A DNA stretch of 56,465 nucleotides from Proteromonas lacertae (lineage: Eukaryota), in assembly GCA_002245135.1 (NCBI GenBank), contig NGBS01000024.1, positions 62,001 through 118,465 on the forward strand, written 5' to 3'. Of the stretch, positions 23,733 to 36,880 are shown piece after piece (positions within the stretch are counted from its first letter, which is position 1; each line of letters opens with the position of its first letter). The position numbers and the translations under genes are program-made. The notes under the pieces are model-generated. The model saw only the letters and a program-made list of their open reading frames with translations, made no database searches and had not been told where the DNA came from.

Positions 23733-25002
23733 TGTTGTTCCCCGTATGGCGGAAATCCCCGTATGGCGGAACTCTATATTGCAGAATGATTCAATCAAAA
23801 CTAATATGATATTCATGATGTTCGGAGTTAGTTATTAACAAATATATAGTTAGTTTGTCATATGACCTACATCTGTGATATACTTTTTTATGAACTTCAC
23901 TATTATCAATATTAAACTAATTTTTGTATATTTTCTATTTTAATGTATCAGTCACTACTACAGTCTAAAATACATTATCTGATATGAATAGAATTCACTA
24001 TTTTTAATGTTAAGATAATAAAAAAGGAAATTAAAGAGCAGGCTTGAGTGAGGCTTGAACTTATTTTTTCTTTTTTCTTTTTTAACCGCCTTAACATTAA
24101 AAATAGTGAATTCTATTCATATCAGATAATGTATTTTAGACTGTAGTAGTGACTGATACATTAAAATAGAAAATATACAAAAATTAGTTTAATATTGATA
24201 ATAGTGAAGTTGTCGCGCGCGATAAAGAAATTTGCGCGGTAAAGGAAGTAATAAGTTTCCATTAAAGTGAATATGTTAATACTTATTTGGAAGGCCGAGT
24301 AAATATAAATATAACATTATTTTGTCTAATAAATTACATATGTTGAAATTGTTATCAAGTTTTCAATAAGATTTATATCATCTATTATTAATCTTTGTAA
24401 TTATTTTTTTATTTAAATCGCTAGAATATATTAGCATATATGTCTTATTATCATATTGATATATATATAGCACCCTTTAAAAAAATATTAAAGAAAAAAG
24501 AAAATACGTTCAAGCCTTCTTCAAGCCAATATTTTATTTTTTATTTCAAACCATCGTAACATCGATTTTGTTTAATCTTTTCATCAAAGAACTGTTTATT
24601 TCAATTTCTTCCTGTGATATATGCAATAAAAATAATGTTAAATGATAGAAATAATTAAGATGGATATAAAGTGAATATTTATGAATAATTGAACATAACT
24701 ATTGTATATGACTGTTATAAGACAAAATGATTATATATTCATGCATAGCGTAATGACATTAACAATAATATTATATTAGATCTAAATATAAACAATTACT
24801 TCCTTTATCGCGCAAATTTCTTTATCGCGCGCGACAGAAGTTCATAAAAAAGTATATCACAGATGTAGGTCATATGACAAACTAACTATATATTTGTTAA
24901 TAACTAACTCCGAACATCATGAATATCATATTAGTTTTGATTGAATCATTCTGCAATATAGAGTTCCGCCATACGGGGATTTCCGCCATACGGGGAACAA
25001 CA
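23733..25002. mobile_element. non-autonomous fold-back DNA transposon (639 bp when reconstructed), TGT..ACA ends, 5-bp TSD
   Basis: 282-bp inverted arms: 23733-24014 against 24090-24210 plus 24842-25002. 75-bp spacer. TSD CAATA at 23728-32 and 25003-07. Confidence 0.93.
24211..24836. mobile_element. non-autonomous 626-bp TIR element (MITE-like), TGT..ACA ends, 5-bp TSD
   Basis: 42-bp TIRs at 24211-24252 and 24795-24836 with one mismatch. TSD GAAGT at 24206-10 and 24837-41. No ORF. Confidence 0.93.
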
Positions 25003-26460
25003 CAATAAACTTAATGGTGACCAAATATCTTATAGAAAATAACTTAGCTTTCAGAACCATACAATCTAAATCCTTTAAAAATCTAATATATGCATTAAAT
25101 CCAACTACAAAGTCAATAACAATAAACAAAATAAAAGCATCAATGAACGAAGAAGCAGAAAGAATAGTAAAGGAAATTGTAGATAACAGTAAAATATGTA
25201 TAATTGTGGACGCTTGGAAATCAGTAACCAATGAAAACGTTATTAATTTGGCAATAAAGAAAAGCAGTGATATTTCGTTTTTGGAATCCATTTATTTACA
25301 TAAACGAGAAACATCAGAAAATATAGTGGAAATAATAATTCAAACATTAGTGAAGTATAAACTAGATATTAAAAACATTGTTGCTGTGAGTAGTGATAAC
25401 AACTACACCATGAAAAAGATAAGTAGTATTTTAGAGAAAAAAATAAATAGACCTGTAGTAAAGTTTGGATGTTTAGCACACATCCTAAACTTAATCAGTA
25501 AAAAAGTATTCGAAATAGAGAAATACAAAAAAGTGATAGTCATGTGTAATGACATTATTCATAAGTTAAATAATAATCAAAAGATTAGAGAAACTATATA
25601 TTCAATTATACAAAAAAATATCCAAATACGCAAGGGATGTGATACGAGATGGTCAAGCTATAACGATGTATTTAGAAAAATATTACTCAATAAAGAAATT
25701 TTATTACAGATAAAATTATTAAAGGAAGAAGATATACCAGAAATTAAAGAATGCTACAAGATTGCAAAATATATTTCCACAAATATACACTTATTATGCA
25801 AAGATTCATCTACATTAAATGATGGTTTCAGAATATTGACCAAAATCAAAAGAAAGTTAATGAAAAGGTCATCAAGTGAAAAAGAACTTATTAAAGACAT
25901 TATAAAAAAAGAGACTAGACATGCAAACTACAGCATTTTAGCTCTATGAATTTTTAGACATAAACAGTAAACATAAATTTTCAGACATGGAGAAGGATAA
26001 TATAAAAAGATATATATTATCTAAATTCAGCCCTATTTTAAATCAGAAAGCATTAAATGAGATATATCATTTTGAAAGAAGAAAACCATACTCCAAAAAG
26101 TGCCCTTCAGATATATTTTCGAAAAAGATATCAACTAATATATGGTACAACATGTATGGAGTTTTTTACCCAAATGTTAAGAAGCTATATGATATTCTTT
26201 CAACTATTCCTGTCACAAGCTCATTTATTGAACGTTCATTTAGTATTGAGGGAATAGTTCATAATCATATTAGAAATAAATTACAGCTTAATACTATAAA
26301 TAATATTTTAAGAATAAAATATGATTTATTAAAAGAAAAAAACAAAGAAAAAGATAGAAAAGAAGATGATAATGATATTAGTGAAGAAGAATATAATTTA
26401 GATGTGCTGAATGAAATTGATAACAATATAGCATATGACACTTTAGATTATCAATGTTCT

Positions 26461-26590
26461 GGTGATGAAGATGAAAGTTCTGGTAGTTCTAGCGATGAAG
26501 GTTTAAGTGATGAAAATTCTAGTGATGAAGATGAAAGTTCTAGTGATGAAAATGAAAGTTCTAGTGATGAAAGTTCTAGTGATGAAGGAT
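26461..26590 (+). repeat. degenerate GATGAAAGTTCTAGT-type tandem repeats encoding the acidic Ser-rich transposase tail
   Basis: Repeated DESSS/DENESSS units visible in DNA and protein. Confidence 0.75.
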
Positions 26591-26927
26591 CTCAAAGCCC
26601 TTACTTTTAAGGCTATTATTATAATGAAATATTATTGTTTGTTATTGTTATAAGATAATAATACATAATTATGAAAAGAATAAATATTTTTATAGCGTTT
26701 AATATCCCTAAAATCACACAAAATATAAAAATTCAAATAAAATAATTGAAAAGGGCAAATTGTACCCTTTTCTATTTTTAGATAGTATAAAGGACGCCCC
26801 TTTCAATTTTTGCCCAGGACATGCCCTTGTCCCGCCACTGCCCTGTCCCTTTATTATTCAACCCAGTTTAATTTAAATAATTGTATTTATATTTAGTTAG
26901 GAAATACTATAGAATCAATGAGATTAT

Positions 26928-27738
26928 TCAATCTAATTTATTATTTGTATCATTTGTCATTTTATCTAAATCACTAACATATGAATTAAATTCATTATCA
27001 TATTCATAAAAATCAGTTAAATTTCTTTGCATTATATATTTATTATTTAAATTTGGTATTGTGAAGAAATGTAATTTACCAAGTTCAGTATTTTCACCAA
27101 CATCTTCTCTTTCATTCAAAAATATTCCAAATTTGATATAGTCTTTTATTTCTTTATCACTTTCACTTAAATCCATTTCTATTCTTTCAAATATCCTATA
27201 ATAATGATCTTCAAGAATATTAATATCATTTACATATCTTTCATTATGAGTTATGTATTTTCCAATTGGTATTGAATATGTTTCTAAACCAATCAAATTT
27301 ATGAGTTGAGTGTTTTGTTTAATAGTTGATTGTTTCATGTTTTTTACATTTCCTGATATTGTCATACTCACATTATCACCTGATTTTGAAAATTCATTTA
27401 CTTTTTTTCAACATAAGCAAAATCTTCACCAGAAATAAAATATCCTTTATCATCATTTAAAGTATTATTTTACTCTATTGTATTTTCCCCCCAATAATGT
27501 GTTTCTTCAAGTAAAAATACAAACTTCTTCACTTCTGCTATAGAAATACCTTCAATATATGCCAATTCATTATTAGTCATGATTACTGTGGGGAAAGTCT
27601 GACTTCTTACTTTCAATGTTGAAAACCAAAAAGTTGCAGAAACTAAATCATTTGTCATTATAACACATACTAAAAACACAACTATTAAAAGAAATAAATA
27701 TATAATATACTCAAAAATACTCTATTTAGACTGATCAT
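26928..27738 (-). CDS. hypothetical secreted protein, disrupted (pseudogene or assembly errors)
   Basis: Signal-peptide-like start split by an intron. In-frame TAA at 27470 and a frameshift near 27405 precede ORF 26928-27371. Confidence 0.45.
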
Positions 27739-27830
27739 TGATAAAACTGAAAGATAGAAATTTATACAAGCACACATGTATTAGCTGTATTGAAAAATAG
27801 TCGTTATAATTTGAATTTTTATTTTGATTT

Positions 27831-29901
27831 ATGGGTTGTTCTTCAAGCATTCCTTTTTTTGGTGTAAATGTGGATGATCTTTCAGTATGTTTTACTAAAT
27901 TTCTACTTTTTAGAATTGTGAAACATTCTTCTTAAGCTGTAAAGATGTAATTTCTGAAGGATTTAAAGATACGAGTGATTTATTTCACGATTATTTAAGT
28001 CTACATCGTAAAGCTGAAAGTAGTGAAGAAAAGACATTGTATTTATAGAATTGCTAATTTATGTGATAGAGAGAAAGAATTAAAGAAGTTAGTCAATAAA
28101 ATAAATAAGATAGGTAATTTCGAACTAATAAAAACTGTATATTGAGTATTATATACACTAGACTCCAATTATCACTTTAGTTCCTATGTTATTAGTGTAT
28201 TTTTTTGAAGCATTACCAAGTCCATTTTTACCTCATCATTTTTTAGATAGATTCATCACATCCTATTATGAAGATAGTAAATCAGATGAAGATACAAAAA
28301 CAAACAAAACAAAAATGTCTATCGAAAGAATTGAATATGTAAAACTTCAATTCTTTCAAAACCTCTTCTCTTTATCAGATAACTCACATTTAATCCTTAC
28401 AAATACAATTGATATATGTAAAACTATATTGAAATTTTCATCAAACAGCACTACAATGAAAAAGCAGTTATCAATAGTGTTTTTACCAATATTTTTTAGA
28501 GATTATCCGAATAATGATGAAATATTATTTGAAGTTTATAATATTAGTATATTTATTATTATTATTATATATATATATATAATAGTGTTTGATTTATTGA
28601 TAAATAATTGGGGAAATGAAAAGCCGATAAATGAATTGCTGAATGAAAAAGAAAATGAAATTATAAAATTGATAGAACAACTTAATCAGTTGTCAGATAA
28701 ATTTGAAAATTACAAAAAAGAGATAAGAGAAAGATATGCTCCTCGTCAATTGCATTTATTATACATTTATGTATTTCATTCATGGAGATATGTAACAAAA
28801 AGAAGAAAGTTGAAAGTTTATATTGATTATTTAAAGAATCAAAATGTGACATTATCATCCACAATTAACACTCAGCATCATACAATTAGAGAAACGATGA
28901 AAAGAACAGAATTAATATCAAAGACAAGAAATGGTACTTCATTATTACCTCCATTTTATGGTAATAATAATACATCTAAATTAATGAATGAAAACACTGA
29001 TAGAATGAGAGATAAAAATTCAAAAACATCATTTTTAAAGAATAATGAAAATATATATGCTGATAGTATGAAAAGTAGTAATAATAAGGAAAGAAAGAAA
29101 AGAAATACATTAGGAGGTTTAAAGAAATCAATAGGAAAAATAGATAATGACAATTTGAATACTTCTAGTTTTTATGAAAAATCACCAATGTTGTTGCATA
29201 CACTTCATTCCAATCCTTTATTACCAAATACAATCAACTTGAATGATAATAATAATAATCGAACAATTAGTAATTCAATAAGAAGAAATCCAACTACTGA
29301 TAGTTCAATATATATTCCAATGAAAATGAAAATGAGTGAAATAATGAATAAAACTAACTATAGTAATGATGAAGAAGAATATAGTAATGATATAGTAACC
29401 TCTCCTCCTCCTCCTCCTACTCATATTAAACAATTACAATACGATAATGATAGTAATAATAATAATAATGAATATGAAAATATACCATCTTCAATTCTTC
29501 CACCTCCTTCTCCTACAATTAATGATAATAATAACATAATTACAACTAAGAAAGGAATATACACTAAAGAATCAACTATAATGAATAATAATGATGAAGA
29601 TGATAATATTCCTTCATCATCATCTTCTTCTGATATAAATGATAAAATAATGTTAAATAATATGAATATAATTGATAATAATGAAAATGAAAATAAGAAT
29701 GAAGAAAGTCCAAATTCTACACCCACATTAGTAAGCGAAAAGAAGTTTTCTTCAAATAACAGCGAAATAAGAATAACTACCAATTCAGTACCTCAAGAAC
29801 CATTAATTTCTATCTCTGACAGTCAATTTCGAAATAGTGTAAATGTTGATGATAATGATGATGAATTTGGAGTTCATGTGGTAAATGATACACACTACTA
29901 A
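27831..29901 (+). CDS. RhoGAP-like domain protein with MGC acylation motif, coiled coil and low-complexity tail
   Basis: MGCSSSIPFFGV start; LLVYFFEALPSPFLP and LSIVFLPIFF segments are RhoGAP-like. Confidence 0.6.
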
Positions 29902-30349
29902 ATATATATAATTGTCTATTTGTTGATTATTGTTGGTTTAATTAGAAAATTGTTATGGTTTATATTTCATAGTTTTTATTTGATTCAATATTACTCATTG
30001 GAGTATATTTTTATGTTCATTAGATGTAAAAACCATTATTTGAGCAAATACTCTGACAAAGTCTTTTAGTTAAGCAAATAATACTACAAACCACAAAATT
30101 AAATATTCACTTGTAAATTATAACCAAAATTATACTAATAATCTACATTACTCTCTAAGTTGATTAACCATTCTCTACATCACTTATTAAACTCTATTTT
30201 ATTCCTTCATAACAATATTTGGAGTATTTGAATCAAATATGAGTTATAAATATCATCAAAAGAAACTCATTTAGCTCAGTATAAGAATATAGCCAATAGA
30301 ATTGAAAGAATTAAATATTTGAACCGTTTCTCATTTCCATTTTTCAAAA

Positions 30350-32484
30350 ATGAAGAGTATTAGAAGTATATTATGAGTGATTAAAATATATAGTTTTATT
30401 CTTTGTAATATTGTTAACCCCAATATTGTGTTTAAATAAGAACAAAGATAATTTGTTAGGAAGATCAAAGAAAAGCATAAAAACAAATCAATTTGATGAT
30501 GTAAGAGATAATAATAACAAAAGGACAATGCAATTGAGTTGGCCATTATATTTTACTGGAGATTATTACATGGTAGATCATAGATATGATGTTTTTATCA
30601 ATGAAACCACAATTTATGCTTATAGAAGAAATAAATATTGTTTATATAAGTATATTTTTACATGTCAATCCGAAATAACTTCCGAATTATATTATATTAA
30701 TAACATTGAGATAGATGAAGATAAATCAAGGTTCTGGTTTAGTTCAAGAAATAAAATAAAAGAATGTGATGTAGATTATGGTAGAGAATATAGTTATAAG
30801 TATAATTCTTTTATCTTCTATTAAATATAGAGAATTGAAAAGTAAATGTGAAAATGGAATAAACGAGATTGAAGAAGTAATAAATGAGGTAAAGAATTTT
30901 ACTCAAATTATAGCTGAAGATGTAAGTGAAGATTTTAATTATAATTTATATATATATCATGTTATTGCCAACAATAAAAGCAAAGGTGATTTTGATGAAA
31001 TTAGAGAAGATATAATGAATTACTTATTAGATTATATGAATATTACTACATATACTTTACCATCTAATGACTTTTATTATGCAATTAGTGATGCTTATTA
31101 TACTCTTCAAATAAGAGTTAAAGAGAATAGATTGATAAAAACAGAATATGGATTAAGGTTTGCTGTATCAATTGATAATGTAAGATTAATGAATAAAGAA
31201 TATTACACAAAAATCAGATACAATCAATCAGATTATGTAGCTTATTATTTTTGTTTAGAATATGAATGTAAATTCATATGTGATATATATCAAGGCAGTA
31301 TTGAGGATGATTGGGAGATAGAGGCTTGTTATAAAAATGCATCTGATTTTGACTCTGACTTTAATCAGGCATTTAAAAATGCATATAAAAATGCAAAGAA
31401 TTATGAAAAACCTAAAATAGCAATTAAAGAATCAATATACAAAACAGAAAATAATAAGGGGGGGGAAATGAAAGAAACAACAAAAGGATATTATTATGAA
31501 GATGTAAAAGAAGGTGAAAATGGTTATTATAAAGGATATTTTGTTGTAGAAAATGTTTTAACAATAATAACGCAAACAAGTAGATGGAGTCAAAGACAAG
31601 TTGAACAATTTAAGTTAGTATTAAAATTAGATTCAGAAACAAGTATTATTCATTTTTATTATACTATCTAAATAGAATCTGTTAAATTTGAAGATATTGA
31701 AGATGAAGTGATTGTTAAAGAAAAGAGTGGAGTAGAATCAAGATATGATCCTGAATATGATGATGATGAATCCTGTAAAACATTCATTCCATTAAAAGAT
31801 AAAGACACAAAATATGAGAAATGTGAAGTGAGAATTAATCAATTAATATATGAACATATTAATAGAGAATATAATGTGACTATTAATGAAAAAGGGGCAA
31901 ACTTAACAATTAGGAATATTGATGATTTTGATGATGATAAAACAATATTATTAAAAGAATATGATTCAACAAAACTGAATGAAATAATAAACAGAATAAC
32001 AAAATTTATCAAGCCAATACCTGATGATAAATGTTTAAAAGCTAATGAAACAGTAGATGGAAAAGATGAAAATAAAGCATTAGTATTTTCAATATATGAT
32101 AATATACTTTTCGCAAATTCATATATTAAAGAAAAAGAAAGTAAAGATTTGATCTTTTATATTGAACCTAAAAGAAACAACTACTATTATAGTGGTGAAA
32201 ATAGTATAAAAACTGCAATAGTTGAAGGATATGGAGAGAAATTTATATTTAGTGAAGATGAAGTATTTTATCACAAATTCGTTGAATTTGAAGGAAAAGA
32301 TTTTGATGAATGTAATGAAAGTTTGAAAGAGCTTGTGCTTAAAGAATTTGAAGATAGAATAAAACAAATAAAGAAAGAAGAAGGAATTAGTGATAGAATA
32401 AATGATGATGATGAAAGTAATACTGGTTTAGCATTCACTTTCAATATATCCTTATTTACTCTCATATTCATTATATTCATATAA
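30350..32484 (+). CDS. putative GPI-anchored surface protein
   Basis: Signal peptide split by an intron. Further introns at ~30800 and ~31643 join the ORFs. Hydrophobic C-terminus SNTGLAFTFNISLFTLIFIIFI*. Confidence 0.7.
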
Positions 32485-32568
32485 TAATTATCTTCATAAA
32501 TATTGTATATGAATTGTTGTTTTGTTAAAAAAAAGATAGAAAAAACAAAAAGAAATGAAATTATTAAT

Positions 32569-33820
32569 TTAATCTGAAGTGGATGGAGTTTCTTTTAATT
32601 TTTCTTCTGATATTCTCCTTACCCTTTTATAATGAAACTATTAATATATTAATACATCATTTATATACATAAAAGTGGTAAAAAACACTACAAGTAAGAA
32701 CCAGTAATCCAAAAACTCTTGATTCTTGAACCATAAACTATAAAACAATGAAAAAACAAACAATATACCACATTTATCAATAAAAATGACAATAACTATA
32801 AATAAATCAATAATCTAAATATATATATATTATACAATATTAAACGTTGTTGAACCTTTTAAGAATATCTATTTATATGATAAATGAAATAAACAAATAC
32901 AATTTTCAATGATACAAAGGTAATTACTATATTAAAAGCAATATCTATCATAATATATTAATTATAATAATATACAGAAATAATCTGATCCAGAATGAAG
33001 TGTATACATCTTCATGATATTTCTATTGATTGAAAAATCAAATAGGGAGGAAAACAATAACAAGGGAGTGTATAATATCATCAAATTAATGTGATTCTAT
33101 ACAAATATTATTAATCTAATAGTTATAATAATATATATACATAATAAGTAAATCTCACGATATTATAATTGACTATAGAACCTCCTTTCTCTGTTAAAAC
33201 TACTAATAAACTATATATAAATGAGCTGATCAAAGTCAAAATAGCGTTCTTTAAAGAATATGCGAATTTTGATGGATGTGACATTGACATTCCGATAATA
33301 AAGAAAATTATCACACAAAAATCAGCTAAAACAAAGATATGAAGAGACATTGTTCTATTTACATTATATAATATTAACATACCTGATGACTACAGTGAAT
33401 ATCAGTATTAATGCAAATGTTAAAACCGTAAAATGTTTGTATGGTTTTCTAATGTGTATTATAAATAACATAAGTGATTTATCTATACTGCTCCATGAAG
33501 GAAAAATGTGTATATAATACATGAATTAATTGACATAAGCTTATTGGGAACATTTTAATTGCTACTTTTAGTTTAAAACCAGAATAAGGCAATCTTGCTA
33601 TAAATATTATCATAATACACTTACAATGAAATAAAAAGCCAAGCATATAGCAAAATGATGAAATTACAACTGATTGAAGTAATTGAGCATTAATAAAGGA
33701 TGGTGATGTAAATGGATTCCATAACCTTGATGATGCTGTGTATAAATACAAGGATATAATTGGAAGTAACAAAAATATGGTAATTACATAATAATCGTTA
33801 TGCATTGGTGCTTTGATCAT
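32569..33820 (-). CDS. multi-pass SLC35/DMT-like (nucleotide-sugar/TPT-type) transporter, many introns
   Basis: Roughly ten hydrophobic segments over short exons. FPISL..L..YT..SF and YKHFTVLT-type segments. Confidence 0.55.
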
Positions 33821-33990
33821 ATAATATGAACAATTGGTTTTTAAATTACTAATATATTTGAAAATTAACGCGAATAAAATGAAGAACAGTAATTAGAACT
33901 TCTTTCTTCTAATCACTTACAACAACAGAATTTTTATTTTTTCATAAACATACACACACAATATATAATAATAATATTGATTAAACTTCT

Positions 33991-36838
33991 TTAAATATCA
34001 TCTAACAAATTGTATGAATCATTACTCTTTGCATCTAATGACAATTTCTTTGCTCTTCTCTTAGATACACCTCCACCTCTTAAATGCTTCATAGTAAACA
34101 AAGCAATTCCACCAACAAGCACCAAACCAGCAATAACACCAAGAATTATAATAACAATGTTAAGAACAGACATTCCTTTCTTATCAGAACATGTAGGACC
34201 TGTATGACCATCATAACAAACACAACTACCAATAGATTCATCGCATTGTCCATTACCTTCAACGCATAATGGTTTACAGGTTGTATTAGTTTCAGTTGTA
34301 CTACAATCCAAACCAAAATACCCTTTCAAACATACACATCTTCCATTTCCATTCCAACCGTCATTACATTTACCATTTCCACTACATGGATTAACATTTC
34401 CACCTGGACAAGTACCTCTACATTTATCACCAAAGTAACCACTGTTACAGCTAGAACAATCTGTTCGTGGATCTAAACCAAAGTTATCACATAAACAAGT
34501 GCCATCTCCATGACTACCATCATTACATTTACCATTTCCATTACAATTGACTGTACATTGTTTGCATTGTAAACCATAATAATTATCATCACATTCATTA
34601 CAATGTGGTTGAGCCCATCCTGCATTACATTGACATTGACCACTAATAAATAATAATAAATAAATATTATATATATTTATATATATACTCTCCTTTTATA
34701 CCATAATTACAAGTTCCATGATTACAATCACATTTCTTTTCACATTTTGGTCCATAATAATTCTCCAAACAATCTTTACATTCTTTAGAAATATCATAAT
34801 GAGGATCTTCACATAACTTACATTCATCTCCATTACACAACCATTCTATTTCATATGGAGTATCTAATGAAGTAATTGTTTTTGGACCAACAGCAATATA
34901 AAATGGACCACCATCAACATAACCATCGTGAGATGATTCTATTTTGATTGTTGCATTGAAATTCTCTAAAGCCTCTTGATACCACATACAATTCTGTTTG
35001 GTTGGGACATAATTGGTTGTACTGATGGCAATATATAAGTCTGGTTTATGAGCTGGTCTGCCTAAAGTAACTGTCATTGATGGATTCTTACCTTTGAAAT
35101 ATTGTAAAGTGTATAAATGAGCACCACTATTGCCTTTGATTGAATCACTTACTTTCTTATTGGGATATAAATTCTTTGAATCTATTTAACAATAATAAAT
35201 ATAAAATAATAATAATAATAATAATATATACAGACTAATGTTGAAGCATGAATTAAGAATTTACAATCAATATTATCACCAGGCAATTCCAACATAAAAT
35301 AAGTTATGCATTTCTTACAATAACCTGCTTGACCAACAGTAACAGCAAATGTAAATTCAGTTTCAAGCATATCTATTTTCTGTTTATATTCATATCTATG
35401 AATTAAAGGTCCTGGGAATGTAACATTGGAGATATATAATGTAGAATCAAATTTTTCACCAACTTTAGTATAATTCAAATAATAACCAGTTTCTTCTTCA
35501 ATAGCTGTTGAATCTAATGCAAAATACATTCTTCCTGGTTTAGATGATTTTCTTTCATAAAATGGTGATAAACCACCTGGATTTAATTGATGTGGAATTG
35601 GTTTATCAAGTTTTGCTACAATTCTAAATCTAACTTGGTTTGGATAATCGTTATTTTCATGATCAATTCTAAAGTAGTAATATCCTCTTTGTTTATAGAA
35701 TTTATCATTTGGAGTTATTTTGATTGTACCTGATTCTTTATTCGTACATCTCACTTGCCATTCAGCTGTATCATTACCATCTCTAAAACTAGATATTGAA
35801 GCATATAATATAAGTGGAATATCTTCAGCTGATTCTACAGTAATTGTTAAGTTTGTTTCTAAATCATATTTTGTAAAGTTCAAATAGAAGAATTGTCCTT
35901 CAGTAAATGGTTCACAAACAGCTGTATCTTCAACACCATCATTCAATTCCTTTAAATCAACATTATAATGAGTCCAAACTAACCAATTCGTTTCTCTACC
36001 TTCATCTGTAGTTAAATTGACAATAATATAATAATTTGTACCAGTACAGAAACCATTATCTTCTCTAGTTAAGTATAAATCATAACTGCCATTCACTAAT
36101 TTTGCAATCCATTGTTGATCTGGACAAGTGGTTGGTTTTGGTTCACCAGGGTAAAAATTCTGAATAGAAACAGATAAATTCTGTTGAACAAAGGTATCAT
36201 ACATAAACTTAAATTCAATACTTTCCACTAATTCACCTTTATCTGGATTATCATGTGGTATATATATTGTCATATCTTTATGTTCTTTCTTACTTACACC
36301 TACAAAATCACCATGATAATATCTATCAGGTAACATATAAACTGGATGGAAGTCATGAGAGATATAAAATGATATATTCCCAATAATTGGTATAAATTGA
36401 TCAGGGGAAGCGTCTAGTCTAAAGTAATAATCACAATCAGTACAGAATCTTGGATCATTATTACTTATTACCATATTTCCTACATGATTTCTAGTACTTC
36501 TCATCCAATAAGCATTACCTGGACGAATCTTTGAGATTTCACTAATTCCAAAGAGTGTAACATCAGCATCTTTAATATCATCCTTATACGGATCAGACAC
36601 CCACATGTTGAAGGTAAAATTAAGAGCTACATTTCTTTGTTCATAACTACCAACATGGACTTTGAAATATGTGGATGATTCAGGACTTACTACGAATGTA
36701 GCTTTCTCATTTTCTACCAGTGTATGATAATCTAATGTGCTATTAGCTAATAAGGCGAAGGATGCTGTTGGATCACATACTATTGTGATATAATAACTGC
36801 AAGTATCTCCACAGAAATGAGGATCATCTTTACCAATC

Positions 36839-36880
<42 letters not shown>

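Larger units (their letters stand above)
23490..26610 (+). pseudogene. hAT transposase, interrupted at 23733-25007
   Basis: BED finger (CRRC..NLKRHYKKC across intron 23639-23671). Removing the insertion restores ERAI|NLMVTKY in frame. Motifs DAW, SDN, CLAH, TRWSS and IERSFS are present. One +1 near 25947. Confidence 0.9.
22878..26866 (+). mobile_element. hAT-superfamily DNA transposon carrying two nested insertions
   Basis: Imperfect TIRs CTGGGTTCGATAAAGGG and (rc) CTGGGTTGAATAATAAAGGG. 8-bp TSD GTTAATTT (22870-77) / TTTAATTT (26867-74). Subterminal TGCCC repeats and an inverted GGGCGTCCTTT. Internal transposase. Confidence 0.92.

Noticed and set aside
23733..23775. 17-bp direct repeats as a CRISPR-like array
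   Set aside because: Only two adjacent units without spacers, mirrored at the other end of the element. They are TIR sub-repeats.
23733..25002. Solo LTR, given TG..CA ends and a 5-bp TSD
   Set aside because: Long inverted arms or 42-bp TIRs, and no adjacent PBS/PPT, fit DNA transposons better. It is not formally excluded for the inner element.
27470..27472. In-frame TAA as evidence for stop-codon reassignment
   Set aside because: TAA, TAG and TGA all terminate well-conserved genes in the window. This is an isolated case in a disrupted gene.
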